Translations under genes and position numbers: made by a program
DNA from: an uncultured Gemmatimonadaceae bacterium
GTDB lineage: Bacteria; Gemmatimonadota; Gemmatimonadetes; Gemmatimonadales; Gemmatimonadaceae
NCBI GenBank assembly: GCA_963829055.1
Contig: CAWHHI010000003.1
Span: forward strand, 384,001-448,000
Length of the DNA: 64,000 bases
Reading direction: 5' to 3'
The notes under the pieces: generated by a model
Database searches by the model: none
What the model saw: the letters and a program-made list of their open reading frames with translations, nothing else
Told to the model about the DNA's origin: nothing
Part shown: positions 17,295-29,065 of the stretch, piece by piece
Layout: every line of letters begins with the position of its first letter
Numbering within the stretch: position 1 is the stretch's first letter

Positions 17295-19713
17295 TATGAG
17301 TCGCGCAACGCGATGACTGGATCGACGGCCGCCGCCCGCCGCGCCGGGAGCCAGCTGCCGAGCAACGCGACAGCCGCGAGAATCACCGCCACCAGGCTGA
17401 ACGTCAGCGGGTCGGTCGGACTCACCTCGTGGAGCAGCGTCGCAAGGCTGCTCGTCATCGCCAGCGACCCCGCCGTGCCTATCGCGATGCCCAGGGTGGC
17501 GAGCACCAGCCCACGACGCAGAATGCGCCTAACGACATCACCCTGCTGCGCGCCAAGCGCCATGCGGATGCCGATCTCGTGCGTCCGCTGACTCACGGTG
17601 TAGGACATCACACCGTAGATCCCGATCACCGCCAGCAGCAGCGCGATACCGGCGAACACGCTCAACATCCCGGCCGTGAGCCGCTGCGGAGACAGCGATG
17701 ACGACAGCATGCGCTCGAGCGTGAGCACGTTGCCCGCGGCGAGCGCAGGGTCGATCGAGCCGATGACCTTCTGCAGGTCGATGGCGCTGGCGGCCGGGTC
17801 GCCTGCCGTTCGCACGACGAGCGTCATCGTGCTCCATGGCACCTGCGTGCACCGGGATGTATACGATCGGCGCCAGCGGCTCACGACCGACGTTCGGATT
17901 GTGCCGGGCGTCGCCGACGACGCCGACGATCGTCGTTAGGCTCATCGAGTCCGCTAGCGTCGAGATCCGCTTGCCGATCGCGTCCTGGCCCGGCCAGTAC
18001 CGCCGCGCGAACGCCTCGCTGACGATGGCGACGTTCGGACTCGTCTTGTCGTCATGGCGGTCGAACTCGCGACCACGCTTCACCGGGATACCGAGCGTCG
18101 CGAAGAACCCATCCGAGACGACCCGCAGACGTTCCCGGTGCGCGGGATCCCCGCGCTGCGGCTTCGGTTCGCCTTCCAGGATGAACCGCGTCGAGTTGTC
18201 CTGCCAGTCTGGTGGCGGGGAGCTCGTCATCGCGGCACGTACGACGCCCGGTCGCTCGCGCACGCGGTCCAGCAGCGTCGTGTAGAACGCGGCCATCTTC
18301 GCATCGGTCTCGTACCGCGCGCCCGGCAAGCGTGAGCTGCAGCGTGAGCGCTTGCTTGACAGTGTATCCCTGGTCGGTCTCGATGAGGCCGACGAAGCTT
18401 CGCACCATGAGACCAGTGCCCACGAGCAGCACGAGCGCCAGCGCGACTTCGGCGACGACGAGCGCGCTCCGCAGCCGCTGGCGTCCGCCGGTCCCCGTCG
18501 ACGTACGTCCACTGTCCTTGAGCGCCTGCTGCGGATCCGCACGTGACGCGATGATCGCCGGGATGAGTCCGACCACAACCGCCGTCGCGACCGAGACGAG
18601 CGCCGTGAACACGAGCGCATCGCCGCTCACCGCGATGCGCGTCCACCCGGGATTGAACCGCACCAGCTCCGCCGGGAGCGCGCCCCGCATGAGACGCACG
18701 CCCCACAACGCGAGCAGCGCGCCGAGTGCGCCACCAATGGAGGCGATGACCATGCTCTCAGCCAGCATCTGGCGTATGAGATCGCCGCGGGTGGCGCCTA
18801 ACGCCACCCGCACCGCGAGCTCGCGGCCGCGCGTCGTCGCGCGAGCGAGCAACAGGTTGGCAACGTTCGCGCATCCGATCAGCAGCACGAACGCGACGGA
18901 TGCGAGCATCACCACCATGTACGGACGCGAGTGCCGTCCGTAGAACACCTGCGCCGGCGGCCACCCGCATGCCCCACTTCGCGTTCTTGTCCGGATACTG
19001 CATCTCCAGCCGCTTCGCGATCGTCGTCGCCTCGGCCCGCGCGTCGCGCGAGCGTCGCGGTTGGGCGCAGCCGCGCGATCGCGCCTACCCAGCGGCCATC
19101 GCGATCAGCAGCGACGCTACCCTCGAGCGCGAGCGGCTTCCACAGCTCCGCACCAGGCGGGAAGATGAAGTCGTCACCCATCACGCCGACGATCGTGTGC
19201 GGCGTTCCGTTCAACTGTACGGTGCGACCGATGACGGCCGGGTCGCTACCGAACCGACGCTTCCACAGCGGATGGCTGAGAATCACGCGATCAGTGTTGC
19301 CTTCCAGCCCTTCGTCGTGCCGTGAACGCCCGCCCGAGTACCGGGGCTTCTCCCAGCGTGCTGAAGAATCCGGGCGATACTCGAAATCCCGTGACGCTCT
19401 CGGGCTCGTCGATGCCAGTCATGTTCACGTCCCACCACGCGAACGCCGCGACCTGCTCGAGCGTGCGCGTCTGGCGCGTCCAGTCCACGAGATTCGCCGG
19501 CGCGATCCGGTCGAAGTCGGGATCATCGGGATTTCGCGGTGAGACCTCGGCCAGCATCACGAGGCCGTCGCTGTTCGGAGTCGGTACGGGCGCGATGACG
19601 ATGGCCCGCATGGCCGTGTAGACGGTGGTGTTCGCGCCAATACCGATCGCGAGGCAGGCAACGGCGGCCAGCGTCCATGTCGGATTTTTTGCGAGCGTTC
19701 GAAGTGCGTACAT
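17294..19713 (-). CDS. second ADOP-type ABC permease, several frameshifts
   Basis: Collinear fragments 19291-19713, 18909-19286, 18052-18948, 17538-18620 and 17294-17884 carry [11 protein letters not shown] and [11 protein letters not shown]. Confidence 0.85.
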
Positions 19714-19720
19714 CGGCACC

Positions 19721-19973
19721 GGGGACTGGGGACTCGGGACTGGGAAACGCGTAATTCCGATATCGATCGCGTTCACCAACCGCGTTCGTTCACTCACCCG
19801 TTAGGCGAGCCCAGTGCCACCACCGCCCGATTCCATAACGCATGCTCGCCGCGTGACTTAGCCATCCACCCGACACCCTGCGAGGGTTCGAGTCCTCCCG
19901 ACTCCGGGACACGCACCATCCCAATGTCGGGATCGCGCGCCGTTATCCCCAGTCCCCAGTCCCAGTCCGTCCC
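19721..19973. repeat. inverted pair of GGGGACT/CCCCAGT arrays around ~200 bp non-coding DNA
   Basis: G-rich arm 19721-19746, C-rich arm 19946-19973. Confidence 0.7.
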
Positions 19974-19974
19974 G

Positions 19975-20667
19975 CTATGGCAGAAACCGATACCCTGTTT
20001 TCCAGACGGTAGTGATGTGCCGCGGCGACGCCGGATTCGGCTCGAGCTTCCGGCGAAGCTCGGCGATGTGCGTATCGATCGTCCGGCTCACCACTGATGC
20101 ATGATAGCCCCACACCGTCTTCAACAGCTCGGCGCGCGAGACCACCTGCCCCGGCCGCTGCACGAGCGCGAGCAACAGTTCGTACTCCTTGGGCGAGAGC
20201 TCCACCGGACGCCCGTTGCGCCTCACTACGCGCGCCACCGGCTGGATCTCGATATCGCCGAACCGTGACGCGTCCGCGGCCTGGCCTTTCACCCCCGTCG
20301 AGGGCGCCGCGCGTCGAAGCACCGCCTCCACCCGCGCCACCAGCTCCAGCACGCCGAACGGCTTCGTCACGTAATCGTCCGCGCCGAGCCGGAACCCCGT
20401 GACCTTGTCCGCCTCCTCGCCGCGCGCGGTGAGAATCAGCACCGGCACCTGCGAGCCGTCCTCCCGGACCGCGCGCAGCACGCGATACCCATCCATTCCC
20501 GGCAACATCAAGTCGAGGATGATCAGGTCGGGCGACACGGTCCGCGCTTCGCGCAGCCCCGACGGGCCGTCGCTCGCCACGACCACCTCGTAGGACGCGA
20601 TCTCGAGACTGTTGCGGAGCCCGAACGCGAGATCGGCGTTGTCTTCGACGATCAGAATCCGTTTCAT
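19975..20667 (-). CDS. OmpR-family response regulator
   Basis: ILIVEDN, LDLMLPG, GADDYVTKPF, winged helix SRTIDTHIAELRRKLE. Confidence 0.95.
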   Translation of the reverse strand: MKRILIVEDNADLAFGLRNSLEIASYEVVVASDGPSGLREARTVSPDLIILDLMLPGMDGYRVLRAVREDGSQVPVLILTARGEEADKVTGFRLGADDYVTKPFGVLELVARVEAVLRRAAPSTGVKGQAADASRFGDIEIQPVARVVRRNGRPVELSPKEYELLLALVQRPGQVVSRAELLKTVWGYHASVVSRTIDTHIAELRRKLEPNPASPRHITTVWKTGYRFLP

Positions 20668-20685
20668 GACAGCATCATCGCAAAG

Positions 20686-22410
20686 TCATCCCAACAACGA
20701 ATGCGCCCGCGCCCGTACCCGCGTGTACGGTGAGGAATCCTTCTCGCGCGCGTCGCCCGGCTGACCACCCGCCACGGCGGCCTGCAGCGTCACCACGAAG
20801 CTCGCACCGCCGCCCGGGGCGTCATGTACGGTCACGGTGCCACCCTGCGCAGTGACGAGCTCACGCACGACAGCCAGCCCGATGCCGTTGCCGGAAATTC
20901 CCGCTTCCACCGCGTGATCGAGGCGGCGGAACGGCTCCCAGATGCGTGCCTTGTCACGGGTGGGAATGCCCGTCCCCTGATCGTCGACCCACACCTGTAC
21001 GCGGCCGTCGGCAGCCACGCGCGTTCCGGCGGTGATCGTCTGTCCGGCAGGTCCGTACTTCACCGCGTTGTCCAACAGATTGAGCAACACCTGACGCAGC
21101 GCGTCACGATCGCCAAGCGCGACGACGTCACCGCCGTGCGCCGTGCGCACCGTCGCGCCCCGCGCGGCAGCGAGCGGCGCGAAGCTCTCGACGACCTCGT
21201 CGACCAACACCGTCAGGTCGAGCGACTCCAGCGACACCCGCGGCGCCAGTCGCTCGGCCCGGGAGAATTGCAGGATGTTCTCGACCAGATGCGAGAGCCG
21301 CCGCGCCTCCTGGTCGATGATCGCCACCGACCGCTGGCGCTCGTCGTCACTCCGTACCCAGCCGAGTCGCAGCATCTCGGCGAACATGCGGATCTGCGCG
21401 AGTGGCGTCCGCAACTCGTGCGACACGCCCGACACCAGCTCGCTCTTGACCCGTGCCAGTTGCCGCTCGCGGTGTAGCTGCAACAACGAGACGATGACGA
21501 GCCCCGCGCTGAGCGTGATGAGCGCGAGCACGAATTGCGACCGGTTCCACGTCCAGTTGCCGATGGCCACCCGCGACGCGAACGCCGGCCGCATGGCCAC
21601 GCGCACGGCGAAGCCCGTGAACGCGCCGGTCATGCCTAACGTCGCAGCCGGCCGCAACGCCTTCGTGACCCCCGAGCGGAACACGAGGCGATCGCCGGCG
21701 CCGGTAACGCTCAGCGCGAGCGCGGAGTCCACGGGCATCGCGGTCGATGCCGTCGGGGGAAGCAGCGCGCGCGATGCGAGCACCGCCGGGAATACGGCGC
21801 GGCCCGCGGACGCGACGTCGAACGCATACCCGTACGCGTTCCGCGGCGCGCCCGTGCTATCCATCTCAGCACCGCCGGCGAGCATGTAGGCGATCGCCAT
21901 CGTTCCGTCACCGGGCAGGCGCGCGATGACCGGGTCGCCGATCACTGCGCCCTCGGCGATGCCAGCGCGGATTCTTCCGAGTACCACCTCGCCAGTGTTC
22001 CCCGCCGGCGGTTCTGGCATCTCGTCCCCCACGGCCCCGATTACCACGTTTCCGCCCGCGATGTCCACGGCGAACGTGAAGCGAACGTCGGGTACCGCCA
22101 CGCATCCGCAGCGACGCGCGCTACGAATACCCTCGGCAACGAGGAGGGACGGTGCCGTCGCCGTGGTGTGTCCGGCCGCGAAGGAAACGGTTGGCGCGAG
22201 AACGCGCCGAGCGGCGCGCTCCAGTTCCGCGTTGGCCTCCCGCGCGAACGTCCACGCCGCGAACCGCGCATGTGAGAGCAGCGCCCGCTGCGCCGCGGAC
22301 TCCTGCGCACACACGGCGTAGTAGACCTGATAGGCGGCGACCGACGCGGCGGTGAACGTGCACACCACGACCGCTATCGTCGCCCGCGACCGGCGGATGC
22401 CTGCAAGCAC
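20686..22410 (-). CDS. membrane sensor histidine kinase (start uncertain)
   Basis: VSHELRTPL, NLLDNAVKY, DQGTGI and GIGL. Confidence 0.9.
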   Translation of the reverse strand: MLAGIRRSRATIAVVVCTFTAASVAAYQVYYAVCAQESAAQRALLSHARFAAWTFAREANAELERAARRVLAPTVSFAAGHTTATAPSLLVAEGIRSARRCGCVAVPDVRFTFAVDIAGGNVVIGAVGDEMPEPPAGNTGEVVLGRIRAGIAEGAVIGDPVIARLPGDGTMAIAYMLAGGAEMDSTGAPRNAYGYAFDVASAGRAVFPAVLASRALLPPTASTAMPVDSALALSVTGAGDRLVFRSGVTKALRPAATLGMTGAFTGFAVRVAMRPAFASRVAIGNWTWNRSQFVLALITLSAGLVIVSLLQLHRERQLARVKSELVSGVSHELRTPLAQIRMFAEMLRLGWVRSDDERQRSVAIIDQEARRLSHLVENILQFSRAERLAPRVSLESLDLTVLVDEVVESFAPLAAARGATVRTAHGGDVVALGDRDALRQVLLNLLDNAVKYGPAGQTITAGTRVAADGRVQVWVDDQGTGIPTRDKARIWEPFRRLDHAVEAGISGNGIGLAVVRELVTAQGGTVTVHDAPGGGASFVVTLQAAVAGGQPGDAREKDSSPYTRVRARAHSLLG

Positions 22411-22513
22411 AGGGCGAGTGGTTGAGGTCCGGACGCCTCCGCGACGTCACCGCCGCCTGGCGCCCCGATCGGCAATGTACAGCGAGTTACGGCTGGATGC
22501 GGACTACCACGGA

Positions 22514-24772
22514 CTACATGCGCACCCGGTGACGGGGGATGGCGTCGTGGGGAACCGCGATCATGGAGGCCCGCGGCGTCACCGACGGCCCGCCATCGAC
22601 CACGACCGGCGCCTCGATCGGTAAGGTAAGTGTGAAGATCGACCCGCGGCCAACATCGCTTCGCGCCGTGAGGTCACCGTTCATCGCGCGAGCGAGATGG
22701 CGACTGATCGCGAGACCGAGCCCGGTGCCTTCCGTCGTACGCGTCAGGTCCATCTCCACGCGGGTGAACGGCTCGAAGATCGACTCGAGCTTCTCGGGCG
22801 GAATGCCGTGCCCGGTGTCGCTCACGCGGACCTCCACGTGGCCGTCCCGGAGATCGCTCGCCAGCCCAACCCGACCGCCCGGCGCCGTGTACTTGATCGC
22901 GTTCGAGAGCAGGTTGAGCACGATCTGCTCCACCCGCGCACGGTTGCTGTAGGCCATGAGCTCGACGGCGGCGGGGTTGTAGATGTACGTGAGGTTCCGC
23001 GCCCTGAGCTGCGGCGCGATCAGCGCCTCGAGACTGCCTAACGTCTCGTGCACCGGCATCGGACCGAGGTCGATGTCGGCGGGCACGCCGTGCTCGAGCC
23101 GCGAGAGATCCAGCAGGTCCTCGATGATCCCGAGGAGATGGCGCTGGCTGCGACGGATGCGCCCGAGCTGCTCGCGCTGCATGTCGCTCACCGGTCCGCT
23201 GATGCCGAGCTCCAGCAGCTCCGTGTATCCCGCAATGGCGTTGAGCGGCGTCCGCAGCTCGTGCGACATCATCGCCAGAAACTCCGTCTTCGCACGATTC
23301 GCCGCCTCGGCGTCCGCGCGCGCCGATTGCTCGGCCGCGAAGAGCCGCGCGCGTTCGAGCGCCTGCGCGCACTGCTGGCCGAGCGTGCGGGTAAACGTGA
23401 CATCGTTCTCGTCGAACCCGCGACTGCTGTTGAAGCTGAAGCTCAGCGACCCGAGCGGCTTCCCGTCGACGACCATTGGGGTCACGATCATCGCGCGCAC
23501 GTTCACGCGCTCGAGGACGCTGGAGAGATCCGGATATCGGCTGGCGATCTCGGCGGATGACGCGAGCAACACCGGCTCGGTGCCGCGTACCGCATCGGCG
23601 AGCGGCACGCGGCTGGTCACCGGAAAGCGACGCCACGCGTCGGCGACGTCGGCTGGCAATCCGCTTACCGCCATGAGATCGAGCATCACCGCGTCCGGCG
23701 TCAGCACCGCGATCTCGCTCCCCGTCGCGCCGAGCGCCGGGAGGCCTTCGGATACGATCACGCGCGCGACCGCGATAGGCGTCAACGCACTCGAGAGCGC
23801 CTCTGCCGTGCGCCGCAGACGACCTGCGCGATCGGCGGCACGCTCCGCCACCGCCCGCGCCGACTCGGCGCGCACCAGCAATTCGTTGCGCTCGGCGTCG
23901 GTCTTTCGTACCACCGAAGCCGCACGCATGACGAGCAGGAGGAATGTGATCACGACCGCGCCGACGAACGCGCTGACGCCGCCCTCGCGACTTACCCAGT
24001 TCGTGTCGCTCGCGAGCAGCCATAACGCGCCCAATCCGATCGGCACAATGAGCGCGGCAGGAATGAGGCGCCTCACCATCGCACCGCTTGGATCGGCGAC
24101 TGCGATGTACGAGACAGCGCCCTGGCTCGGCCGAACGAACAGGATCCCGACGCTCAGAATGCAGAGCATGATGGCCGTGAGCAGCGCCATGCCCGTTCGC
24201 GGCCCGAAGCTGTACAACCCGCGCACGCCGTACATGTAGCCCACGATCGCGATGAACGCGATCACCGCGCCGACCGCACTCAGCCCTTCCGACGGTCGGC
24301 GGTCCCGCTCGGTCTTCACATCCAGGAGGAGCAGCGCCAGCCCGTCGACCATCATCACGACCGCCGAGTTGATCGCCGGACGTCCCGGTGATGTCCCCTC
24401 CCATCCCTTCACGCTGTTTCCGAACAGCAGCAGATCAATGCCGAGGTCGACAGTGAGTGCGCGCTCGATCACGAACAGAGTACCTAACACCGTGAGCGCG
24501 GCTGCGAGCCAAAGTGTCACGGTGTTGAACCGCGCGTCCCGCTCGGCGCGAACAGCGGTCAGGACCGCCAGGCCGCCCAGAATGGCGGCGACGGCGGTAT
24601 TGGGGATCGTCGGGATCAGCCCGGGAATGATCGTCCGGAGCGCGTCGATGTCGCGCCACCAGCCGATCAGCACGAGAACGCCGATGACCGCCGACAACAG
24701 GCCGGCGACGATCGATACCAGTTCGAAGGCGGCGACCGCGCGTAACGGACGCTGTGCTGGCACTGATTTCAT
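22514..24772 (-). CDS. multi-TM GAF sensor histidine kinase
   Basis: Multiple TM helices, GAF domain, MSHELRTPLNAI, NLLSNAIKY and GTGLGL. Confidence 0.92.
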   Translation of the reverse strand: MKSVPAQRPLRAVAAFELVSIVAGLLSAVIGVLVLIGWWRDIDALRTIIPGLIPTIPNTAVAAILGGLAVLTAVRAERDARFNTVTLWLAAALTVLGTLFVIERALTVDLGIDLLLFGNSVKGWEGTSPGRPAINSAVVMMVDGLALLLLDVKTERDRRPSEGLSAVGAVIAFIAIVGYMYGVRGLYSFGPRTGMALLTAIMLCILSVGILFVRPSQGAVSYIAVADPSGAMVRRLIPAALIVPIGLGALWLLASDTNWVSREGGVSAFVGAVVITFLLLVMRAASVVRKTDAERNELLVRAESARAVAERAADRAGRLRRTAEALSSALTPIAVARVIVSEGLPALGATGSEIAVLTPDAVMLDLMAVSGLPADVADAWRRFPVTSRVPLADAVRGTEPVLLASSAEIASRYPDLSSVLERVNVRAMIVTPMVVDGKPLGSLSFSFNSSRGFDENDVTFTRTLGQQCAQALERARLFAAEQSARADAEAANRAKTEFLAMMSHELRTPLNAIAGYTELLELGISGPVSDMQREQLGRIRRSQRHLLGIIEDLLDLSRLEHGVPADIDLGPMPVHETLGSLEALIAPQLRARNLTYIYNPAAVELMAYSNRARVEQIVLNLLSNAIKYTAPGGRVGLASDLRDGHVEVRVSDTGHGIPPEKLESIFEPFTRVEMDLTRTTEGTGLGLAISRHLARAMNGDLTARSDVGRGSIFTLTLPIEAPVVVDGGPSVTPRASMIAVPHDAIPRHRVRM

Positions 24773-25386
24773 GAGCGGCCGAGCTCTTCCCCATGCCGAG
24801 AGCGGACGCCTCGGTCTGCCAACAGTCGTCACATCGGTGAGAGCGCGCAAGGCACGTAACCGGGAGCCCAATGTTTGCGGACCCCGTGTGCGATAAGCGT
24901 GACACTGCGCACACTGCGATTGTCACGGATCGCATGATTCTTTGGTAAAACGCTTCACCGTCGGTCGGCGTCACACATCACAACACATCACAGGGCGCGG
25001 CAAACCAGTTTTCCGCCCCAGTCGGGCGAGAGTGGACTGATGGGCATCACGTTCCACCCTGACTTTGCACTGCGGCGAGCAGCGCGGTCGATCACGGCGT
25101 GGTGAGCGGAATCCCTGCATCCCAACGTTGATTCTGCGCGGATCGGATCCGGGCTTTCGTCGCGGGTCGGCTCGCTGCAGCACGTCGGGTCATCGATAGG
25201 TCGATTTACCCACGCGCCGCAGTCGGTGTCGTCGCGATCATAGTCATAGATCGCGGCCGGTCTCGGGGAGCTCCCGACACTCCGCGCGCCAGTCCACCGC
25301 ACGAACTCCTCACAAGCCGCGGCTGACTTCCGTTCGAACGCTGAGTCACCCGCTGCAAATCGTCGGACGCCAATCGGAGCCTCGTC

Positions 25387-26335
25387 ATGAGTCACGCTCT
25401 TTCCCATCGCGCGCACGCTGCCTCGCGCCGCGGTATCGCTATCGTCGCCGTCGCCGCTCTGTCCCTGCCAATTCACACCGTCTCGGCCCAATTCGGTGGG
25501 CTCGTGAAGAAGGCCCGCGACAAGGCCGTCGAGCAGCAGATCGAGAAGCGCGTCCCTGGCGCGTCCGCGTCGAATCCCGGTGCGCCTCCAAAGTTCGATG
25601 ACGTAACCGTCGAGCTCACGGCCGATCGCGTCGGACAGATTCTTCGCGGTTTCGCGGCCGGCCGCGCGATTCTCGACGGCACGAATGGCGGCGCGAGCCG
25701 CGCATCACTCGTCGCCCGCCGCGATGAGGCAAGCCGCAAGCGAGAGGCACTCAACGACGCGAACATGAAGGCGTTCAACGCCTACACCAACAAGCGCGAC
25801 GAGAGCCAGCGCTGCCGCAGCGACGCCATGTACAAGTCGCGCGAACAGCGTCAGAAAGGTGAGGAAGAACGAAACAAGCAGATGGCGTCTAAAGCGATGA
25901 ACGACCCGGCGTTCCGCGACAAGGCGATTAGCCATCGGTCAGAAGATGGCTGCCGCGCAACAGCGCGGTGACACGGCGGAACTCCGTCGCCTCGGCGCGG
26001 AGTTGGGGATTGAGCAGTACGATCCGAAGCCGGATACGCTCGCTGCCGACAAGGCGTGCGGACGCGAGCCCGCCAAGCCCGCGGCCATGGTGGAGGTGGA
26101 GCAGCTCGACGCGCAGATGAACACGCTGAGCGATCAGATCCGCCAGCTCGAGGAGAAGTCGGCCGCGACTGAACAGAAAGAGAGTGGGCTCAACGAGCGC
26201 CAGTTCTTCATGGCCCGCGAGCGCATCGAGGCGTACCTCTCCGCGATGAAGTACAAGTCGCAGCCGCGTGGCTTCAGCGGTCCGGAGCTCGAGGCGTTAG
26301 GCGCCCGGCGTGCCGATCTCGAGAAGGTGATGTAA
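25387..26335 (+). CDS. secreted helical hypothetical protein, frameshift near 25935
   Basis: Signal peptide ending AQFGGLVKKARDK; continues in ORF 25946-26335. Confidence 0.65.
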
Positions 26336-27316
26336 TGCCCTTCGGGGCCGTGTACCGAGCCACTCGCGTTGCGGCGATCGCCCTCGTGGCCGTCGCCGCA
26401 ACGCCGCCGCGGACGGAGCCAGGTCTCCTGTCCCGCGGCGGGCTCCACGTCTTCGCTCCCACCCTCGGCGCTCTCGGTGTGGACCGGACGCGCCTGGCGT
26501 GAGTGGTGGCGCTCGGATGCGGCTCCGGATCGATGGACCGCGCCGCATAACGCGATCGCTGACGCCATTCAGTGGAAGCGGGCGGCCGACGGCGTCGAGT
26601 GGGGAGAGCTCCGCCTCGCCGGCGCCGGAGAGGCCCGCCGTCTCCGCGCAGTCGCGGTGCGCATTGACCCGCACCTGGTGCGGCTCCGCCTCGACACCGC
26701 GTTCACTGCGGGCGGCGAGCGCGCCGCCTGGACGGTCGAGGGCGCGCGCGCCGATGCGATTGTCGCCGTGAACGTCGGTCAGTTCATCCGGACGCTGCCG
26801 TGGGGCTGGGTCGTGCTTGACGGGCGGGAGTTCCTCGCGCCCGGCCGCGGCCCGCTGTCCACCGCGGTCGTTGTCGACTCGTCAGGCGGCGTTCGCTGGA
26901 TCGGCCCGGACGGGCTCGCGGATCCAGCCGTTAGGCGCGGCGTCGCCGCGGCGTTCCAATCGTACCCGACGCTGCTCACGGCCAACGGCGACGTGCCGGA
27001 CGCGCTCCGATCCCCCGGACGCGGCATCGATGTCGAGCACCGGGACGCGCGACTCGGCATTGGCGCCCTCGCCGACGGACGCCTGCTCATCGTCCTCACC
27101 CGCTTCGATGCGTTCGGCGAATCGTTAGGCTCGATCCCGTTCGGCCCGACGATCCCCGAATTCGCGGCCCTGATGGGCGCCCTCGGCGCCCGACAAGCCG
27201 TGGCGCTCGACGGCGGCATCTCCGGCCAGATGCTGGTGCGCGAACAGAATGGCACCACTCACGCCTGGCGCGGCATGCGCCGCGTCCCGATGGCGCTGGT
27301 CGCGCTCCCCCGCTGA
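26335..27316 (+). CDS. phosphodiester glycosidase (NAGPA) family protein, probable frameshift near 26410
   Basis: VAVNVGQF, HRDARLGIG and AVALDGGISGQM; signal peptide from ATG 26335 is in a different frame. Confidence 0.75.
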
Positions 27317-27322
27317 GTCCTT

Positions 27323-27448
27323 CGTCGTGTCGTCGTGTCGTCGTGTCGTCGTGTCGTCGTGTCGTCGTGTCGCCGTGTCGCCGTGTCGCCGTGTCGCTGA
27401 TGGCTGATGGCTGATGGCTGATGGCTGATGGCTGATGGCTGATGGCTG
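27323..27448. repeat. compound tandem repeat (CGTCGTGT)6(CGCCGTGT)3(GCTGATG)7
   Basis: Read directly; fills the gap between convergent genes. Confidence 0.95.
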
Positions 27449-27452
27449 TTTC

Positions 27453-28812
27453 CTAGTACTTCAGCAGATAGTTGTCCACTTCCCAGCGAGTGACTTGTGT
27501 GATGTAATCGCGCCACTCCTGCCGCTTCGCCTCGATGAAGTTCGTCGCGATGTGCGGGCCTAACGCGGCAGTGATCACGTCGTCCTTCTCCAGCTCGTCC
27601 AGCGCCTCGTTCAGGTCGTGCGGGAGATCGTCGATCCGCAGCCGCCGCTTCTCGCGGAAGCTCATATCCCAGATGTTCGTGTTCACCGGCTCACGGTGGT
27701 CCGCCGCCGTCTCCACCCCGTCGATCCCCGCCGCCAGCATCACCGCGAGCGCCAGATAGGGATTCGCCGCCGGGTCGGGCATCCGCAGCTCGACTCGCGT
27801 GCCGAGTCCGCGCCGGTCCGGCACGCGGATGAGCGGCGACCGGTTCCGCATCGACCACGCGACGTTCACCGGCGCCTCGTACCCCGGCACCAACCGCTTG
27901 TACGAGTTCACGAGCGGATTCGTCACCGCGCACATGCCGCGCGCGTGACGCAGAAGCCCGCCGATGTAGTGCAGCGCCACGGGTGACAGCTGCCACTCGG
28001 CTTGTGGCTCCCAGAACGCGTTCTGGTCTCCACGGAAGAGCGACTGGTGCGTGTGCATCCCGCTGCCGTTCTGTCCGAAGATCGGCTTCGGCATGAACGA
28101 CGCGACGCAGCCCGAACTGCCGCGCCACGTGCTTCACCACGAACCGGAACGTCGCGATGTTGTCCGCCGTCTTGAGCGCGTCGGCGTACCGGAAGTCGAT
28201 CTCGTGCTGGCCGTGTGCGACCTCGTGGTGCGCCGCCTCGACCTCGAAGCCCATCTGCTCGAGAACGTCCACCATCGCCCGCCGCGCATCCTCGCCGAGA
28301 TCTGCCGGCGCGAGGTCGAAATAGCCGCCGACGTCGTTGGTGATCGTCGCCGCCTCGCCCTCGGCACCTGGCTTGAACATGAAGAACTCGGCTTCCATCC
28401 CCGCGTTCATCGTGTAGCCCATCTCCGAGGCACGCGCGATCTGCCGCTTGAGCGCCGCCCGTGGGTCACCGTCGAACGGCTGCCCGTCCGGCCGGTTGAT
28501 GTCACAGATGACCCGCGCGACGCGATTCTCGGCGTCACCCCACGGGAACAGCTGAAACGTCGAGAGGTCGGGCGCGAGCAACATGTCCGACTCCTCGATG
28601 CGCACGAACCCTTCGATCGACGACCCATCGAACATGATGTCCCCGTCGAGCGCCTTCTCGAACTGCGACGCGGGCAGCTCGACGTTCTTGTTCACGCCGA
28701 GAATGTCGGTGAACTGCAGACGAAGGAATCGCACGTTGTTCTCGCGCGCGAGCACGAGGATGTCGGCCTTCGTCGCGCCATTCAGGTCGCGCAGCGGTGA
28801 GCGATGTGTCAA
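27453..28812 (-). CDS. glnA: glutamine synthetase type I, frameshift near 28105
   Basis: [56 protein letters not shown] and [12 protein letters not shown]. Confidence 0.95.
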
Positions 28813-29015
28813 CTGGGGACTGGGGACTGGGGACTGGGGACTCGTCTAACGACTCAATACTGAATGACTGACTCAATACTGAATGACTGATGGACTCGTG
28901 ACTGATGACTGACTGATTGTGCGCGCCGCTCTCACAGCGCAAGCCCTCCCAGTCCCCAGTCCCCAGTCCCCAGTTCCCGATTCCCGATTCCCGATTCCCG
29001 ATTCCCGATTCCCGA
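28812..29015. repeat. heptamer repeat complex: (ACTGGGG)4, GACTGA-type repeats, (CCCCAGT)4, (TTCCCGA)6
   Basis: Read directly in the divergent glnA/CBS intergenic region. Confidence 0.92.
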
Positions 29016-29065
29016 CAACTGGCCCATCCCTTGCCCCCTGCTCGTCGCTCTACTCCGGGGGATCC

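Noticed and set aside
24985..25060. c-di-GMP-I riboswitch suggested by GGCAAACC
   Set aside because: The GNRA loop and downstream GACGCAAAG element are missing
27453..28812. glnA pseudogene or programmed frameshift
   Set aside because: All catalytic motifs are intact, there is no slippery site, and similar indels occur throughout the contig
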